DNA of 44,324 bases from Bdellovibrionota bacterium (GCA_044356215.1 JBIKWQ010000023.1:1-44324); one strand, 5' to 3'. Positions 10,026 through 19,642 are shown, numbered from the stretch's first letter. The notes: generated from the letters alone by a model not told the origin. Translations and numbers: made by a program.

Positions 10026-10571
10026 ATGCGGATATATGATCAAGACGGTGAGTTGAATTCACTACTAGGTTTTTCTATCGAAACGGGTTTACTGGGAGTC
10101 ACGGAGATGAGCTGGTCACAGGGCGGAAATTTTACAAGGAATTTGTTGAGCTTACAGCTTCAATTGCAAACTCTTTTAGAGGGGGTCGGAGGAGAAGGCA
10201 CCGCCTCTCTTTTGGACCGTTTAGCTCAATTAAACGACTCTGAACGCAAGCGAATAATCCCCCTACTTTCACGGGTTGTTGGCAGGATCCTCCAAGGGGA
10301 CAAGCGGATGGTTTCAGCCGAGGACAAAGAGCTTCAAGAGTTTGAGGATTCATTGTTCGACAGTATTATGTCAGCGCTTGGACAGAGCGCCAACGACGAC
10401 CGCGTTGAGGCTAACCCCGAGCGCAAACTAGAGATTGTCCCTGGCGGTAAGGGTGAACAGGCGACCAAAGTCCGCCGCAAGCCTGTAAAGGTTCCATCCC
10501 TGATAGATCTTGCTAAGGCTCGTGAGCATAGAAGGCAGCGCTTTGATGCCCCGCCGCACGAGGTAAGCTAA
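10026..10571 (+). CDS. Hypothetical protein (start uncertain)
   Basis: 181-aa ORF with GAGG upstream; helical core and charged, probably disordered C-tail. Confidence 0.6.
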   Translation: MRIYDQDGELNSLLGFSIETGLLGVTEMSWSQGGNFTRNLLSLQLQLQTLLEGVGGEGTASLLDRLAQLNDSERKRIIPLLSRVVGRILQGDKRMVSAEDKELQEFEDSLFDSIMSALGQSANDDRVEANPERKLEIVPGGKGEQATKVRRKPVKVPSLIDLAKAREHRRQRFDAPPHEVS

Positions 10572-10610
10572 GACGTGCCAGCTAGGTTGCGGTTTTATCG
10601 ATAGCACAAC

Positions 10611-10639
10611 TTGATTGCGGCTGATATAATTACTATAAA
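10611..10639 (+). promoter_or_regulatory. Sigma70-type promoter for the Thr/Pro-repeat gene
   Basis: Perfect extended -10 TGnTATAAT at 10622-10630; alternatively TTGATT-17 nt-TATAAA (10611-10639). Confidence 0.55.
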
Positions 10640-10666
10640 GTCCCGGTAGTAGTAACAGATTCCCGC

Positions 10667-11350
10667 ATGGCTAAAAAAACATCCAAAAGCCGACCTAGCT
10701 TAAGCGCTTTATTGCGCGACGTGTCCGCTTTGGACGTGATTACCTCTATCGCATTGGCTGGAATCGCGGTTACAGCTCTGGTCACTATATGGAACTCTCG
10801 CGGAGCTTACGCCCAGCAGCCGCCGGAGCCTCCTCTTTATGACGCCTCGTGCGTTTGCCCCCCTCTTGCGGAATGTAATCAGCAACAGTGTCCAAGCGAC
10901 CATCTTAGTCAGGGATGCTTTGACTGCAACCAGGTCCTGGGCAGCGCGAACTGCGCTGGTCAAGTCGAGGCCCTCGCGGCGAGCTGTGGCTGCTATCCAG
11001 CAGGATCGGCACCAACGGCGACTAATACTCCGGTGAATACACCGACGAATACGCCGGTCGATACCCCAACGAACACGCCTGTTAATACTCCGACGAATAC
11101 GCCGGTTAATACTCCAACGAACACGCCTGTTAATACTCCGACGAATACACCGGTTAATACCCCAACGAACACTCCTGTTAACACTCCGACAAATACGCCG
11201 GTTAATACCCCAACGAACACGCCGAAGAACACACCTACCTTAGCACCAACTAACACGCCTACAGCGACACCATCGCATACGCCTAAATCCCTCGGTGGCG
11301 GAACTTCTAGCGGGGGAAGCAGCTCTGGAGGAGGATGGCCGCTTTTTTAG
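10667..11350 (+). CDS. Membrane-anchored or exported protein with a Cys-rich domain and Thr/Pro (TNTPVNTP) repeats
   Basis: N-terminal hydrophobic helix, 9 Cys in about 45 aa, in-frame repeat tract, Gly/Ser tail ending WPLF. Confidence 0.8.
   Translation: MAKKTSKSRPSLSALLRDVSALDVITSIALAGIAVTALVTIWNSRGAYAQQPPEPPLYDASCVCPPLAECNQQQCPSDHLSQGCFDCNQVLGSANCAGQVEALAASCGCYPAGSAPTATNTPVNTPTNTPVDTPTNTPVNTPTNTPVNTPTNTPVNTPTNTPVNTPTNTPVNTPTNTPVNTPTNTPKNTPTLAPTNTPTATPSHTPKSLGGGTSSGGSSSGGGWPLF
11021..11236 (+). repeat. Coding tandem repeat: 9 x 24 nt with 48-nt higher-order periodicity
   Basis: Units alternate approximately ACGAACACGCCTGTTAATACTCCG / ACGAATACGCCGGTTAATACCCCA; units 3 and 5 are identical; differences are almost all synonymous. 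Confidence 0.95.
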
Positions 11351-11430
11351 GGTTTAGGTGATCCTAATGCACAAGTCACCTTGACGGGCGGACCTAACAG
11401 CGGCGCTTCTTATCGAATAACACTTCCCAA

Positions 11431-12291
11431 ATGAGCTCAATTTTAAAATCAAAGGCATTCGCCCCCGCTCGCATCACCGGATTCTTCATGATCTTCGAGG
11501 GTGGCTCCACTGGCTCAGGAGTAAACTTAGCTGATGGAGCTACCACTGAAGTAACAATCGGCGATGATAAAGGCGAGTTCGACATCACCGTAAACGGAGC
11601 CGACACGCAGGCAAAGGTATCGCGCAGGGTTTTTGAGGCTTTCGCATCGGATATTGATGGAAGGTCCGTTAGAGCAAAAACAGAGACCACTTTTCCGGTC
11701 GGATACGGACTCGGGATGAGCGGTGCTGGAGCGTTCTCGCTCTCACTGGCTCTTAATTCAACGCTTGGAGGAAAAAGATCGTATCAGCAATGCGCCCAGA
11801 TCGCCACCGAAGCTGAGATCTTCTGCGGAACAGGTTTGGGTACAGTGATGAACCAGCAGTTCTGTGGATTCTTAATCGGAAACGAGCCCTACCCAAGCAG
11901 GTCAGCCAGACAGATAATTTGCCCTGAGGATACGGTGGTGTGTTGCTTTCTTAATCCGATCGAAACTGGATCGATTATTAGGGATCCAGGCTGGAAAGAT
12001 CGGATCAACTCGATCGGTAAAGAGTGTATGTCAGAGATCAATCGAGATCCAAATATCCCTAACTTTACACTCCTCGCACGACACTTCGCGCTCTCAACCG
12101 GACTGGCGAACGACACCTTGCGAGCCATCATGGATGATGTCAAGGTAGCGTGTATGGCAATGCTAGGCCAAACGCTCTTCGCTGTTGTGCGCGGTGAGGA
12201 TGCTAACACCGTCGCGGAGCAATTTAGAAGGTACTCGCCGCGCGTACAGATATCGGGGCTCGGAGATCGTCCAGCCCTGGTGCTGGAGTAA
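11431..12291 (+). CDS. Archaeal-type pantoate kinase (PoK, GHMP kinase family)
   Basis: KAFAPARITGFF, GSTGSGV, GHMP ATP loop PVGYGLGMSGAGA, AEIFCGTGLG, ACMAMLGQTLF; adjacent to a PPS gene. Confidence 0.85.
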   Translation: MSSILKSKAFAPARITGFFMIFEGGSTGSGVNLADGATTEVTIGDDKGEFDITVNGADTQAKVSRRVFEAFASDIDGRSVRAKTETTFPVGYGLGMSGAGAFSLSLALNSTLGGKRSYQQCAQIATEAEIFCGTGLGTVMNQQFCGFLIGNEPYPSRSARQIICPEDTVVCCFLNPIETGSIIRDPGWKDRINSIGKECMSEINRDPNIPNFTLLARHFALSTGLANDTLRAIMDDVKVACMAMLGQTLFAVVRGEDANTVAEQFRRYSPRVQISGLGDRPALVLE

Positions 12292-12315
12292 TACGCACGT
12301 AAGAAAGGCCTCAAG

Positions 12316-13050
12316 ATGGGAATGGTTCCGAAGAGTCATCCACGATACAAGTCTCTCATGGCGCGCTACACAGTAGCCGAAGGTGTAAAAGCCGGTATTA
12401 CTACTATTACCGGCCTGACAGCGCACGGACGAGGCGAGGCATTTGACTATTTGCTTGGAGAACGGACCCATAAGTTTGCCGACCAGGCTGCCAAAGCCGC
12501 TGCGGCAGCATTATTACTCGCCGAACGTCCAGTTATATCGATTAACGGCAACACAGCCGTTCTGACCCCAAAGGAGATGCTCAGTCTAGCAAAGCGTTCG
12601 AAGGCGGCGCTTGAAGTCAACCTTTTCTACGACACAGGAAAACGCCGGAAGCTTATAGGTAAGCTGTTCAAGACCCGATATAAATATGAACTTTTAGGCG
12701 TTACTCCAGATTGCAGACTCTCTGGACTAAAGTCTCAACGAGCTCTCGTTGATTCTCGCGGAATTTACGCAGCTGACTTGGTGCTTGTTTCTCTTGAGGA
12801 TGGCGATAGAACCATGGCCCTTAAACAGGCCGGCAAACAGGTTATCGCGATCGATTTGAATCCGTTTTCGAGGACCCCTCAAACCGCTGATATCTCCATC
12901 ATCGACAATGCCCAGCGTGCTTTCCCGCTAATTGAGAAACACGTTAGCAAATTAAAAAATGCCTCCTCCGCTACACTGCGTGGGATTCTGAAGCGCTACA
13001 ACAATAAAAAGATCTTAAACGAAGCTATCGCCGCGATAAGAAATGGATAG
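12316..13050 (+). CDS. Archaeal-type phosphopantothenate synthetase (4-phosphopantoate--beta-alanine ligase, PPS)
   Basis: PKSHPRYKSL, GLTAHGRGEAFDYLLGE, PVISINGN, LEVNLFY, ADLVLVSLEDGDRT, VIAIDLNPFSRT: signature blocks of the archaeal family. Confidence 0.94.
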   Translation: MGMVPKSHPRYKSLMARYTVAEGVKAGITTITGLTAHGRGEAFDYLLGERTHKFADQAAKAAAAALLLAERPVISINGNTAVLTPKEMLSLAKRSKAALEVNLFYDTGKRRKLIGKLFKTRYKYELLGVTPDCRLSGLKSQRALVDSRGIYAADLVLVSLEDGDRTMALKQAGKQVIAIDLNPFSRTPQTADISIIDNAQRAFPLIEKHVSKLKNASSATLRGILKRYNNKKILNEAIAAIRNG

Positions 13051-13786
13051 GCGAATCAATACATCAGCAATGGTACTGTTTACTGGTCACTCGATCGCCT
13101 CGACTGCCGCGTCTCTTTTTCTCTGCGCGCTCTGCTTGTTACCCTCTGGGTGCTCTAGCAGTTCCGATCCTGAGCCGGAGCCAGAGGCCAAAGAGCTAAA
13201 GACATCTAAAGATTCTCAAGAGACTGATGCACCAGAAGCTGAGCTGGTTCAAACATCTAAAAAGCTCTATCAGATCGGGATGTATACAGTCGCTCGTGAT
13301 TCGTTTGCTTCACTCAAAGACAGGTATCCGCTCGGTGCCTACGCGAATTTTGCCGAGGTGAAGTACGCAGACTCTTTTTTCTTCAACCGAGAGTACAATG
13401 AGGCGGCTAAAGCATACGAGAGTATCATCAAAAACTACCCCGCGAGCCCCGACCTACCCTACATCAAATTACAGGCTGCTCGTTCTCACGTGGCATCGGC
13501 ACGCGATGCCGGACGAGACCGGCAACCTTGGGAACGGGGGCTTACTATCTACAGCGAAATCATCGCCGCATACCCCGGGTCGGATTATTCTAACCTGGCT
13601 AAAGCGGAGCGAGCTAAGGTCATAGAGGAGCTTTCTGCTTATGACCGCGAGATCATCGAATTTTACAGGCGTGAAGGCAACCAAGCAGCGGTTGACGCCA
13701 GGGAGGCTCGCTTTAAAGAGCGCTGGGGCTCGCTCATCACTGAGCCCTCACCAGCTCCTGAGGAGTCCATCGCCCCCCTACCCTAG
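13043..13786 (+). CDS. bamD: Outer membrane assembly lipoprotein BamD-like (start may be ATG 13070)
   Basis: Lipobox LPSGC, TPR-like helices, DRYPLGAYA..A, YP.SP..PY, RDQ-like RDRQ, IIEFY. Confidence 0.8.
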   Translation: MDRRINTSAMVLFTGHSIASTAASLFLCALCLLPSGCSSSSDPEPEPEAKELKTSKDSQETDAPEAELVQTSKKLYQIGMYTVARDSFASLKDRYPLGAYANFAEVKYADSFFFNREYNEAAKAYESIIKNYPASPDLPYIKLQAARSHVASARDAGRDRQPWERGLTIYSEIIAAYPGSDYSNLAKAERAKVIEELSAYDREIIEFYRREGNQAAVDAREARFKERWGSLITEPSPAPEESIAPLP

Positions 13787-13908
13787 ACAGCCACAACATC
13801 GTTTGTACAGCTTTCGCCCCCTCCCTCTCCTTGGTAGCTCTAGAGAGGGATTCGGAGCTCCAATGTATTTTTTGTAAGTTACTGGAATAATAAGCGAAAC
13901 TTCCTTGC

Positions 13909-13991
13909 CACAGAGGACCCAGAGGACACAGAGACAACTCCATAATTGCCAATAGAATGGCCTATTCTTTGTGTCATCTGCGTCCTCTCTG
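13909..13991. repeat. Intergenic inverted repeat built from CACAGAGGA-type units (REP-like)
   Basis: Left arm 13909-13933 CACAGAGGACCCAGAGGACACAGAG; right arm 13967-13991 matches its reverse complement at 21/25 positions; 33-nt spacer. Confidence 0.75.
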
Positions 13992-14190
13992 TTGAAAAAT
14001 TACTGCGGCGCCCTCTAGAGGAATTCCGCACCGGAATAACACCGTCCCATCATCTTATCACGTGAGGAATGAGTGTGTGAAACTAGCAGGCTCGCTTAAC
14101 GGCGCCAGGCAGGTCTTTAGTAAAGAGAGTCTCTGTCGCAAAGCTAGCTAGACATTTATCATTGGGCAGGATCAGTTAAGGCTTATTAGA

Positions 14191-15114
14191 GTGCGGCAGT
14201 TATTAAACATTCAGGACTTGAGGGGGTTGGACTACAACACCGTTCTTAGCCGTCTCATGCGGCGAGATAACATAGCGCGCTTGGTACGCTCAGTTAACCT
14301 CATCTGCTCAGTAGTAGTGGCTCTCTCGATTATCGTTCTGTTAATCGTTCTCGGCCAGGGAATCCTTGATCGAATGAGCGTCACCTCCAGGCTTCAGTCT
14401 CGAATCGCCGCGATAGCGTCCAAGTCCCAACAGGGAGCGGGAAGCCAACTCAGTTCAAGCTACGATTGGGGGGTAGTCAAGGATCGCAAACCTTTCGGGG
14501 CTATCGGCAAAGTAGCCGCTCCGGTGTCAGCAGCGCCGACCCCTCCACCCTCTCCTCTGATGTTATCTTTAATCGGAACGTTTGTTACGCAAGGACAGGA
14601 TCCATACGCAATCATCGAAGACAAAAAGAAAAATGATCAGGACATGTTCGTAATCGGCGATTCGATATTTGAGCAAGCGACCCTGAAAAAGATCTTCCTA
14701 GATCGTGTTGAGGTTGAACGTAACGGCAAGATTGAGATCTTACGCCTTGACGAGATCGGTGGAAACGCGGGAGCGGGCATAGTTTCATCCGGAGCTGATG
14801 ATTTCGTTGTTGAGGAGGCCGAGCTTGACAAGGGTCTTGAAAATCTGCCGCTCCTTTTAACTCAAGCGCGTGCTGTACCGTACTTCAAAGATGGCCGCTC
14901 TATCGGTCTCCGCCTATTCGCGATTAAAACCGGAAGCCTATATGAGAAGGTCGGCCTAAAGAACGGCGACATCCTCAAAACCATCAATGGCAACAACTTA
15001 GGGGATATCTCCCAGGCATTAAAACTTTTCGAACAGTTAAAACAGGAACGCTCAATTAATTTAACTCTAGAGCGTGATAAGCAGGAACGTGAATTTAAGT
15101 ATACGATAAGGTAA
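14191..15114 (+). CDS. gspC: Type II secretion protein C (HR plus PDZ)
   Basis: TM segment, LSLIGT...AIIED, C-terminal PDZ (IKTGSLYEKVGLKNGDILKTING); first gene of the gsp cluster. Confidence 0.9.
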   Translation: MRQLLNIQDLRGLDYNTVLSRLMRRDNIARLVRSVNLICSVVVALSIIVLLIVLGQGILDRMSVTSRLQSRIAAIASKSQQGAGSQLSSSYDWGVVKDRKPFGAIGKVAAPVSAAPTPPPSPLMLSLIGTFVTQGQDPYAIIEDKKKNDQDMFVIGDSIFEQATLKKIFLDRVEVERNGKIEILRLDEIGGNAGAGIVSSGADDFVVEEAELDKGLENLPLLLTQARAVPYFKDGRSIGLRLFAIKTGSLYEKVGLKNGDILKTINGNNLGDISQALKLFEQLKQERSINLTLERDKQEREFKYTIR

Positions 15115-15117
15115 GAC

Positions 15118-17985
15118 ATGAATTACAGGAACTACCTAAACTCATTCTTAGTGGCGGCGATGCTCTCTGGGGCGTTGGTTACCTCGCCTTTGTCATCGCA
15201 CGCGCAGACGCCAACAGATGGCGCTGGAGATGTAGCTAATGGCGACATCGGCAAGGACTCGAATACTGAGATCAACGTCAAGAACGCCGACATCTCGGCG
15301 ATTATAAGGATCTTCTCGCGCAAGACTAAAAGAAACTACATCCTCGACGAGAAGGTTCGTGGCAAAGTTTCAATCTATCTACCGGGTAAAGTTTCTTCTG
15401 AGGAGTCGCTTAGAATTCTCGATTCTGTGCTGGCTCTAAAAGGCTTTACAACGGTTCCAATCGGCGAGAACCTTTGGAAGATCGTTCCATCAAAAGAAGC
15501 TAGGCAGTCAACTATTCCGACGAGACTCGATGGGCGTACAAGCAATCCAACATCATCGGTTGTGACACGCTTAGTCACTCTGAAGTACGTTAGCGCTCAA
15601 GATGTTCAACAGATCGTCTCTCAACTTATTTCCGGCGACGGTTTGGTGAACGCCTATACAGGAACAAATTCGCTGATTTTGATCGACGCCGAGGATAACG
15701 TTGAGCGTCTGCTACGTATCATCGACCAGCTCGACGTGCCTTTCTCAAATAGAGAGATGACGATTATCCCTATACAGCACGCTGATGTGGAGGATATCAG
15801 TCAGAAGCTAAATGACATCCTTGGGGACGGAGCGAAGAAAGATGGCTCAAATGAGGCGGCTCGGGCGGCTCTTCGAGATCCGAACCAACCTGCTGCTATT
15901 CCGGCAGGTGGCGCCTCCCAGACAATTAGAGGCACTTCTGGCAAAACAATATCAGCTCGTGGACTTGAGCCAAAAATTATTCCTGACCAGCGCACTAACT
16001 CTCTGATTGTAGTCGCCGATGATGAGACCACCGCTCGTATACGCGCTCTTGTCGCCCAGTTAGATAGCCGAGTAGATCTCTCGGGAAATAAGTTTTACGT
16101 CTATCGATGTCAACACGCTAACGCCGAAGAGCTCTCTCAGGTATTAGCTGGCCTAGTAGGCGGTGGATCCGGAGGTACGTCTAGCGGTTTCGGGTCGACT
16201 TTCGGAAACCAAGGTGGCTCTGGAGGACTCTTTGACTCCTCTTCTGGGCTCGGTCAGAACAGAAGCTCACTTAATAACAGAAATTCATCGGGCTTTGGAC
16301 GAAACAACTCGTCTGGCGCTTCAGGCCTGGGCGGAGGAGGGTTTGGAAGTGGTGGTCGTGGCTCTGGACGATCTGGCGCTGGAAATCGCGGAACCGTATC
16401 TACTCAGCTAGGAGAAAACATCTCAATCACGGCGGACCCGGCTACGAACTCTCTTATCATCGCGGCAAGCAAACCGGATTATGAGAAGATTAAGGCTCTT
16501 TTAGCGCAGATCGATGTTAAGCGTCGTCAGGCTCTGGTTGAGGCAACGCTACTTGAGGTTTCTATTGATGACCGTATCCGTACAAGCACCAGCTTCCTGA
16601 CCTCAACAGGGGGAGCTGATGGAGGCGCTTTTGCTAGGAGTGAGTTCGCGGGAGAGAATTCACTTACCACTCTCTTCACAAACCCGACTAAGCTTCAAGG
16701 GTTAACACTCGCGGCTGCTAGCGCTGGATCGCTTAAGCTGCCTGGAGGGATCACGCTGCCGACTCAATCGATTCTGGTCAGCGCGGCCCAGCAGAATAAC
16801 AACGTAAACGTACTTAGCGCTCCGACTATCTTAGCGACAGATAATGAGGAAGCTCAGATCGTTGTCGGTCAGAACGTACCTTTCCTCGCCAGTACTGGAA
16901 CAAACGCGGTCAATCTTAACAACACATTCAATCAGGTAGATCGTCAAGATGTGGGAATTACCTTGCGTATTACTCCGCAGATAAGCTCACGCGATTACGT
17001 TACTTTAAGAGTTTATACTGAGGTTTCCGCGTTAGTTTTATCAACTGTCAACTCAGCATTAGGGCCGACAACAACTAAACGTCAGAGTGAAACTACGATT
17101 ATCGCCAAGGACGGTCAGATGATCGTTACAGGCGGATTGATCGCTGATGACGTTTCCGAGACCGATGAGGGCATTCCATACCTAAAGGATATACCGGTTC
17201 TCGGTCACGCGTTTAAGGCGAATTCACAGGCACGCGCTCAGAAAAACCTGCTGATATTCTTAACCCCAAGAATCATCAAAGACCAGTTCGACGCCCGCGA
17301 TTCAACGATTGAGAGCCGCGATAAGATGGAGGATGTGATCGCTCAATACGATGTTCAGCCAAAGAGGGAAGCGACTCTAAAAAACAGACGTATCGACCAG
17401 GTGGCTGAGTCCAATCCGTATGAAGGGCCAAAGCCTGGAACTATTCTTCCTCCAACTAAGGCAGGGAAGGAAGCGACCGCTCCTCGGCTGCCGATTAAGG
17501 AGCAAAAAGCCGCCGTTCTTGACGGATCAGCAGCGGGAATTCTTGATCTTGATTCCGCCGCAGCTCCTTCCGAGTCAGCGGGCAACGCTCCCGTTCTCGA
17601 CCTTAATGCTGTTCCGGCCAATCAACAGCAACCAAAAGCATCGCTCAAAGGTAATACAACAAAGGTGCTTCCCGCTCCTTTGGCTTCTTTCGTCGTAGCT
17701 GAGGTTACCAAGGGAACCGAGCTGCCATTTAATAACAAGAGGCCAGGAGAGCGTTTTGGATTGATCGTTCCAAGTGATAGCTCAATTGAGGCTAAGACCT
17801 TCTTCAGGGCCGGCAATACCTACAGCTACGGCGCCCCAGGATCGCAACGTGACATAGTAATAAAGGGATCTTTCTCCTCGCCCTCGGACGCTGAATCGCG
17901 GTATCCTGAGGTATCGGGCTCGTGGCATACCCTATCCACTGGAGAGGTTAAAAACCTCGGGCGTGTGCCTTGGACGCGTAAGTAA
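15118..17985 (+). CDS. gspD: Type II secretion secretin D with C-terminal extension
   Basis: N0-N3 repeats (TNSLI), LSAPTILATDNEEAQIVVGQNVPF, DVGITLRITPQI, GIPYLKDIPVLGHAF, NLLIFLTPRII. Confidence 0.95.
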   Translation: MNYRNYLNSFLVAAMLSGALVTSPLSSHAQTPTDGAGDVANGDIGKDSNTEINVKNADISAIIRIFSRKTKRNYILDEKVRGKVSIYLPGKVSSEESLRILDSVLALKGFTTVPIGENLWKIVPSKEARQSTIPTRLDGRTSNPTSSVVTRLVTLKYVSAQDVQQIVSQLISGDGLVNAYTGTNSLILIDAEDNVERLLRIIDQLDVPFSNREMTIIPIQHADVEDISQKLNDILGDGAKKDGSNEAARAALRDPNQPAAIPAGGASQTIRGTSGKTISARGLEPKIIPDQRTNSLIVVADDETTARIRALVAQLDSRVDLSGNKFYVYRCQHANAEELSQVLAGLVGGGSGGTSSGFGSTFGNQGGSGGLFDSSSGLGQNRSSLNNRNSSGFGRNNSSGASGLGGGGFGSGGRGSGRSGAGNRGTVSTQLGENISITADPATNSLIIAASKPDYEKIKALLAQIDVKRRQALVEATLLEVSIDDRIRTSTSFLTSTGGADGGAFARSEFAGENSLTTLFTNPTKLQGLTLAAASAGSLKLPGGITLPTQSILVSAAQQNNNVNVLSAPTILATDNEEAQIVVGQNVPFLASTGTNAVNLNNTFNQVDRQDVGITLRITPQISSRDYVTLRVYTEVSALVLSTVNSALGPTTTKRQSETTIIAKDGQMIVTGGLIADDVSETDEGIPYLKDIPVLGHAFKANSQARAQKNLLIFLTPRIIKDQFDARDSTIESRDKMEDVIAQYDVQPKREATLKNRRIDQVAESNPYEGPKPGTILPPTKAGKEATAPRLPIKEQKAAVLDGSAAGILDLDSAAAPSESAGNAPVLDLNAVPANQQQPKASLKGNTTKVLPAPLASFVVAEVTKGTELPFNNKRPGERFGLIVPSDSSIEAKTFFRAGNTYSYGAPGSQRDIVIKGSFSSPSDAESRYPEVSGSWHTLSTGEVKNLGRVPWTRK

Positions 17986-17996
17986 GGACTTAACTG

Positions 17997-19628
17997 ATGA
18001 ATAGCCCCGCTCCATCGCAAATAGCGACACCGACCACGGCGACCTCTGAGTCTGACAGTAGACTATTGTCACAGACTCTGGGATTAACCTACTTAGATCA
18101 ACTCCCGGATCCCCTTCCGCCTCGTAATCCAGTTCGTGGCGACTTTGACCGCATAGCTGGTTCGTGGGGAAGGCAGTTTCTTACTGTGCCGATCGGGGGC
18201 GATGACTCTCATGTAGTCGTGGCTACCGCTGACCCACTAAACATAGAGGCGATAGAGCAACTACGGGTCTGTTATGAGCGACCGATTAAGGTCGTTGTTA
18301 CCTCGGCTGCGCAAATTACAAAAGCGATCAACTCGATCCGCACCAGCCTGATGAGTGATAAAACAAGCTCTCTAGCTGATTCCGGCAAGAAAGAGGACGC
18401 GGAAGATTTATCAAATCAACTTAAGATTGACGTCACTGATTCTGATGATGATGACGCTCCGATTATTCGTTACGTAAACGCTATTATCTTTAAGGCTAGC
18501 TCTGAGCGCGCCTCAGACGTTCACATCGAGCCGTATGAAGATAAGCTCAAAGTTCGTTTCCGTGTTGACGGAGTGCTGTACGATGTGGCGAGTGAGGACA
18601 AAGCTTTCCAAGCTGCGATTATATCCCGTGTTAAGATCATGGCCGGACTCAACATCGCGGAGAAACGACTCCCTCAGGACGGTCGTATCGGCTTAAAGAT
18701 CGCTGGAAAAGAAGTAGACATCCGCGTATCAACAGTCCCAACTCAGTTTGGTGAACGTATTGTAATGCGTCTTCTGGACAAAACTGGAGCAGTGCTTGAT
18801 ATACATCAGCTAGGCATTGAGAAGCGTAACCTAGATATGATGGTGAAGCTTCTTGCCAAGCCAAACGGCATCATCCTAGTTACCGGACCTACCGGATCCG
18901 GAAAGACAACCACGCTTTACGCGTGTTTAACAAATATCAACAAACCTGACTTGAACATCCTGACCGTTGAGGATCCGATCGAGTACCAGCTCGATGGAAT
19001 CGGTCAGATGCAGGTAAATCCAAAGATCGACTTTACATTCGCCAGCGGTCTGCGCGCTATATTGCGACAAGACCCGGATGTGGTGATGGTGGGAGAAATT
19101 CGAGATACCGAGACAGCGGAGATAGCCATTCAGGCGTCTCTAACCGGACACTTAGTTCTCTCCACTCTACACACTAACGACTCTGCAGGTGCCGTGAGCC
19201 GATTACTCGACATGGGAGTTGAGCCTTTCTTAGTGTCATCGAGTCTTTTAGCGGTATTGGCGCAGAGGCTTGTAAGAAAGCTCTGCCCTGACTGCCGAGT
19301 TCCTTATGAGATCAGCGACGCTGAACTTAAGGAGCTAAGTTTAAACCCTGCTGAGGTGACCAATCGGCAAGCCTTTAAGGCTGGGGCAACTTCGTGTCCG
19401 CGGTGCCAAGGCACGGGATACTCAGGTCGACTTGGAATTCATGAGCTACTTATCATCGATGACGATGTGCGTAATCAGATCTTACAGCAGGTGGACTCAA
19501 ACACGATCAAGAACTCGGCGATTAAACGTGGCTTCGCGAGTTTGCGCGCCGATGGTGGACGCAAGGTTTTAGCTGGACTCACTTCAGTAGAAGAGGTTTT
19601 ACTCGCCAGCCACGACGACGCTAGCTAA
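17997..19628 (+). CDS. gspE: Type II secretion ATPase E
   Basis: [44 protein letters not shown], CxxC...CxxC. Confidence 0.96.
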   Translation: MNSPAPSQIATPTTATSESDSRLLSQTLGLTYLDQLPDPLPPRNPVRGDFDRIAGSWGRQFLTVPIGGDDSHVVVATADPLNIEAIEQLRVCYERPIKVVVTSAAQITKAINSIRTSLMSDKTSSLADSGKKEDAEDLSNQLKIDVTDSDDDDAPIIRYVNAIIFKASSERASDVHIEPYEDKLKVRFRVDGVLYDVASEDKAFQAAIISRVKIMAGLNIAEKRLPQDGRIGLKIAGKEVDIRVSTVPTQFGERIVMRLLDKTGAVLDIHQLGIEKRNLDMMVKLLAKPNGIILVTGPTGSGKTTTLYACLTNINKPDLNILTVEDPIEYQLDGIGQMQVNPKIDFTFASGLRAILRQDPDVVMVGEIRDTETAEIAIQASLTGHLVLSTLHTNDSAGAVSRLLDMGVEPFLVSSSLLAVLAQRLVRKLCPDCRVPYEISDAELKELSLNPAEVTNRQAFKAGATSCPRCQGTGYSGRLGIHELLIIDDDVRNQILQQVDSNTIKNSAIKRGFASLRADGGRKVLAGLTSVEEVLLASHDDAS

Positions 19629-19642
19629 GGGAATTTTAGAAG

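Noticed and set aside
11021..11236. Regular repeats that could be mistaken for a CRISPR array
   Set aside because: Contiguous 24-nt units without unique spacers, in frame, with mostly synonymous variation; no cas genes.
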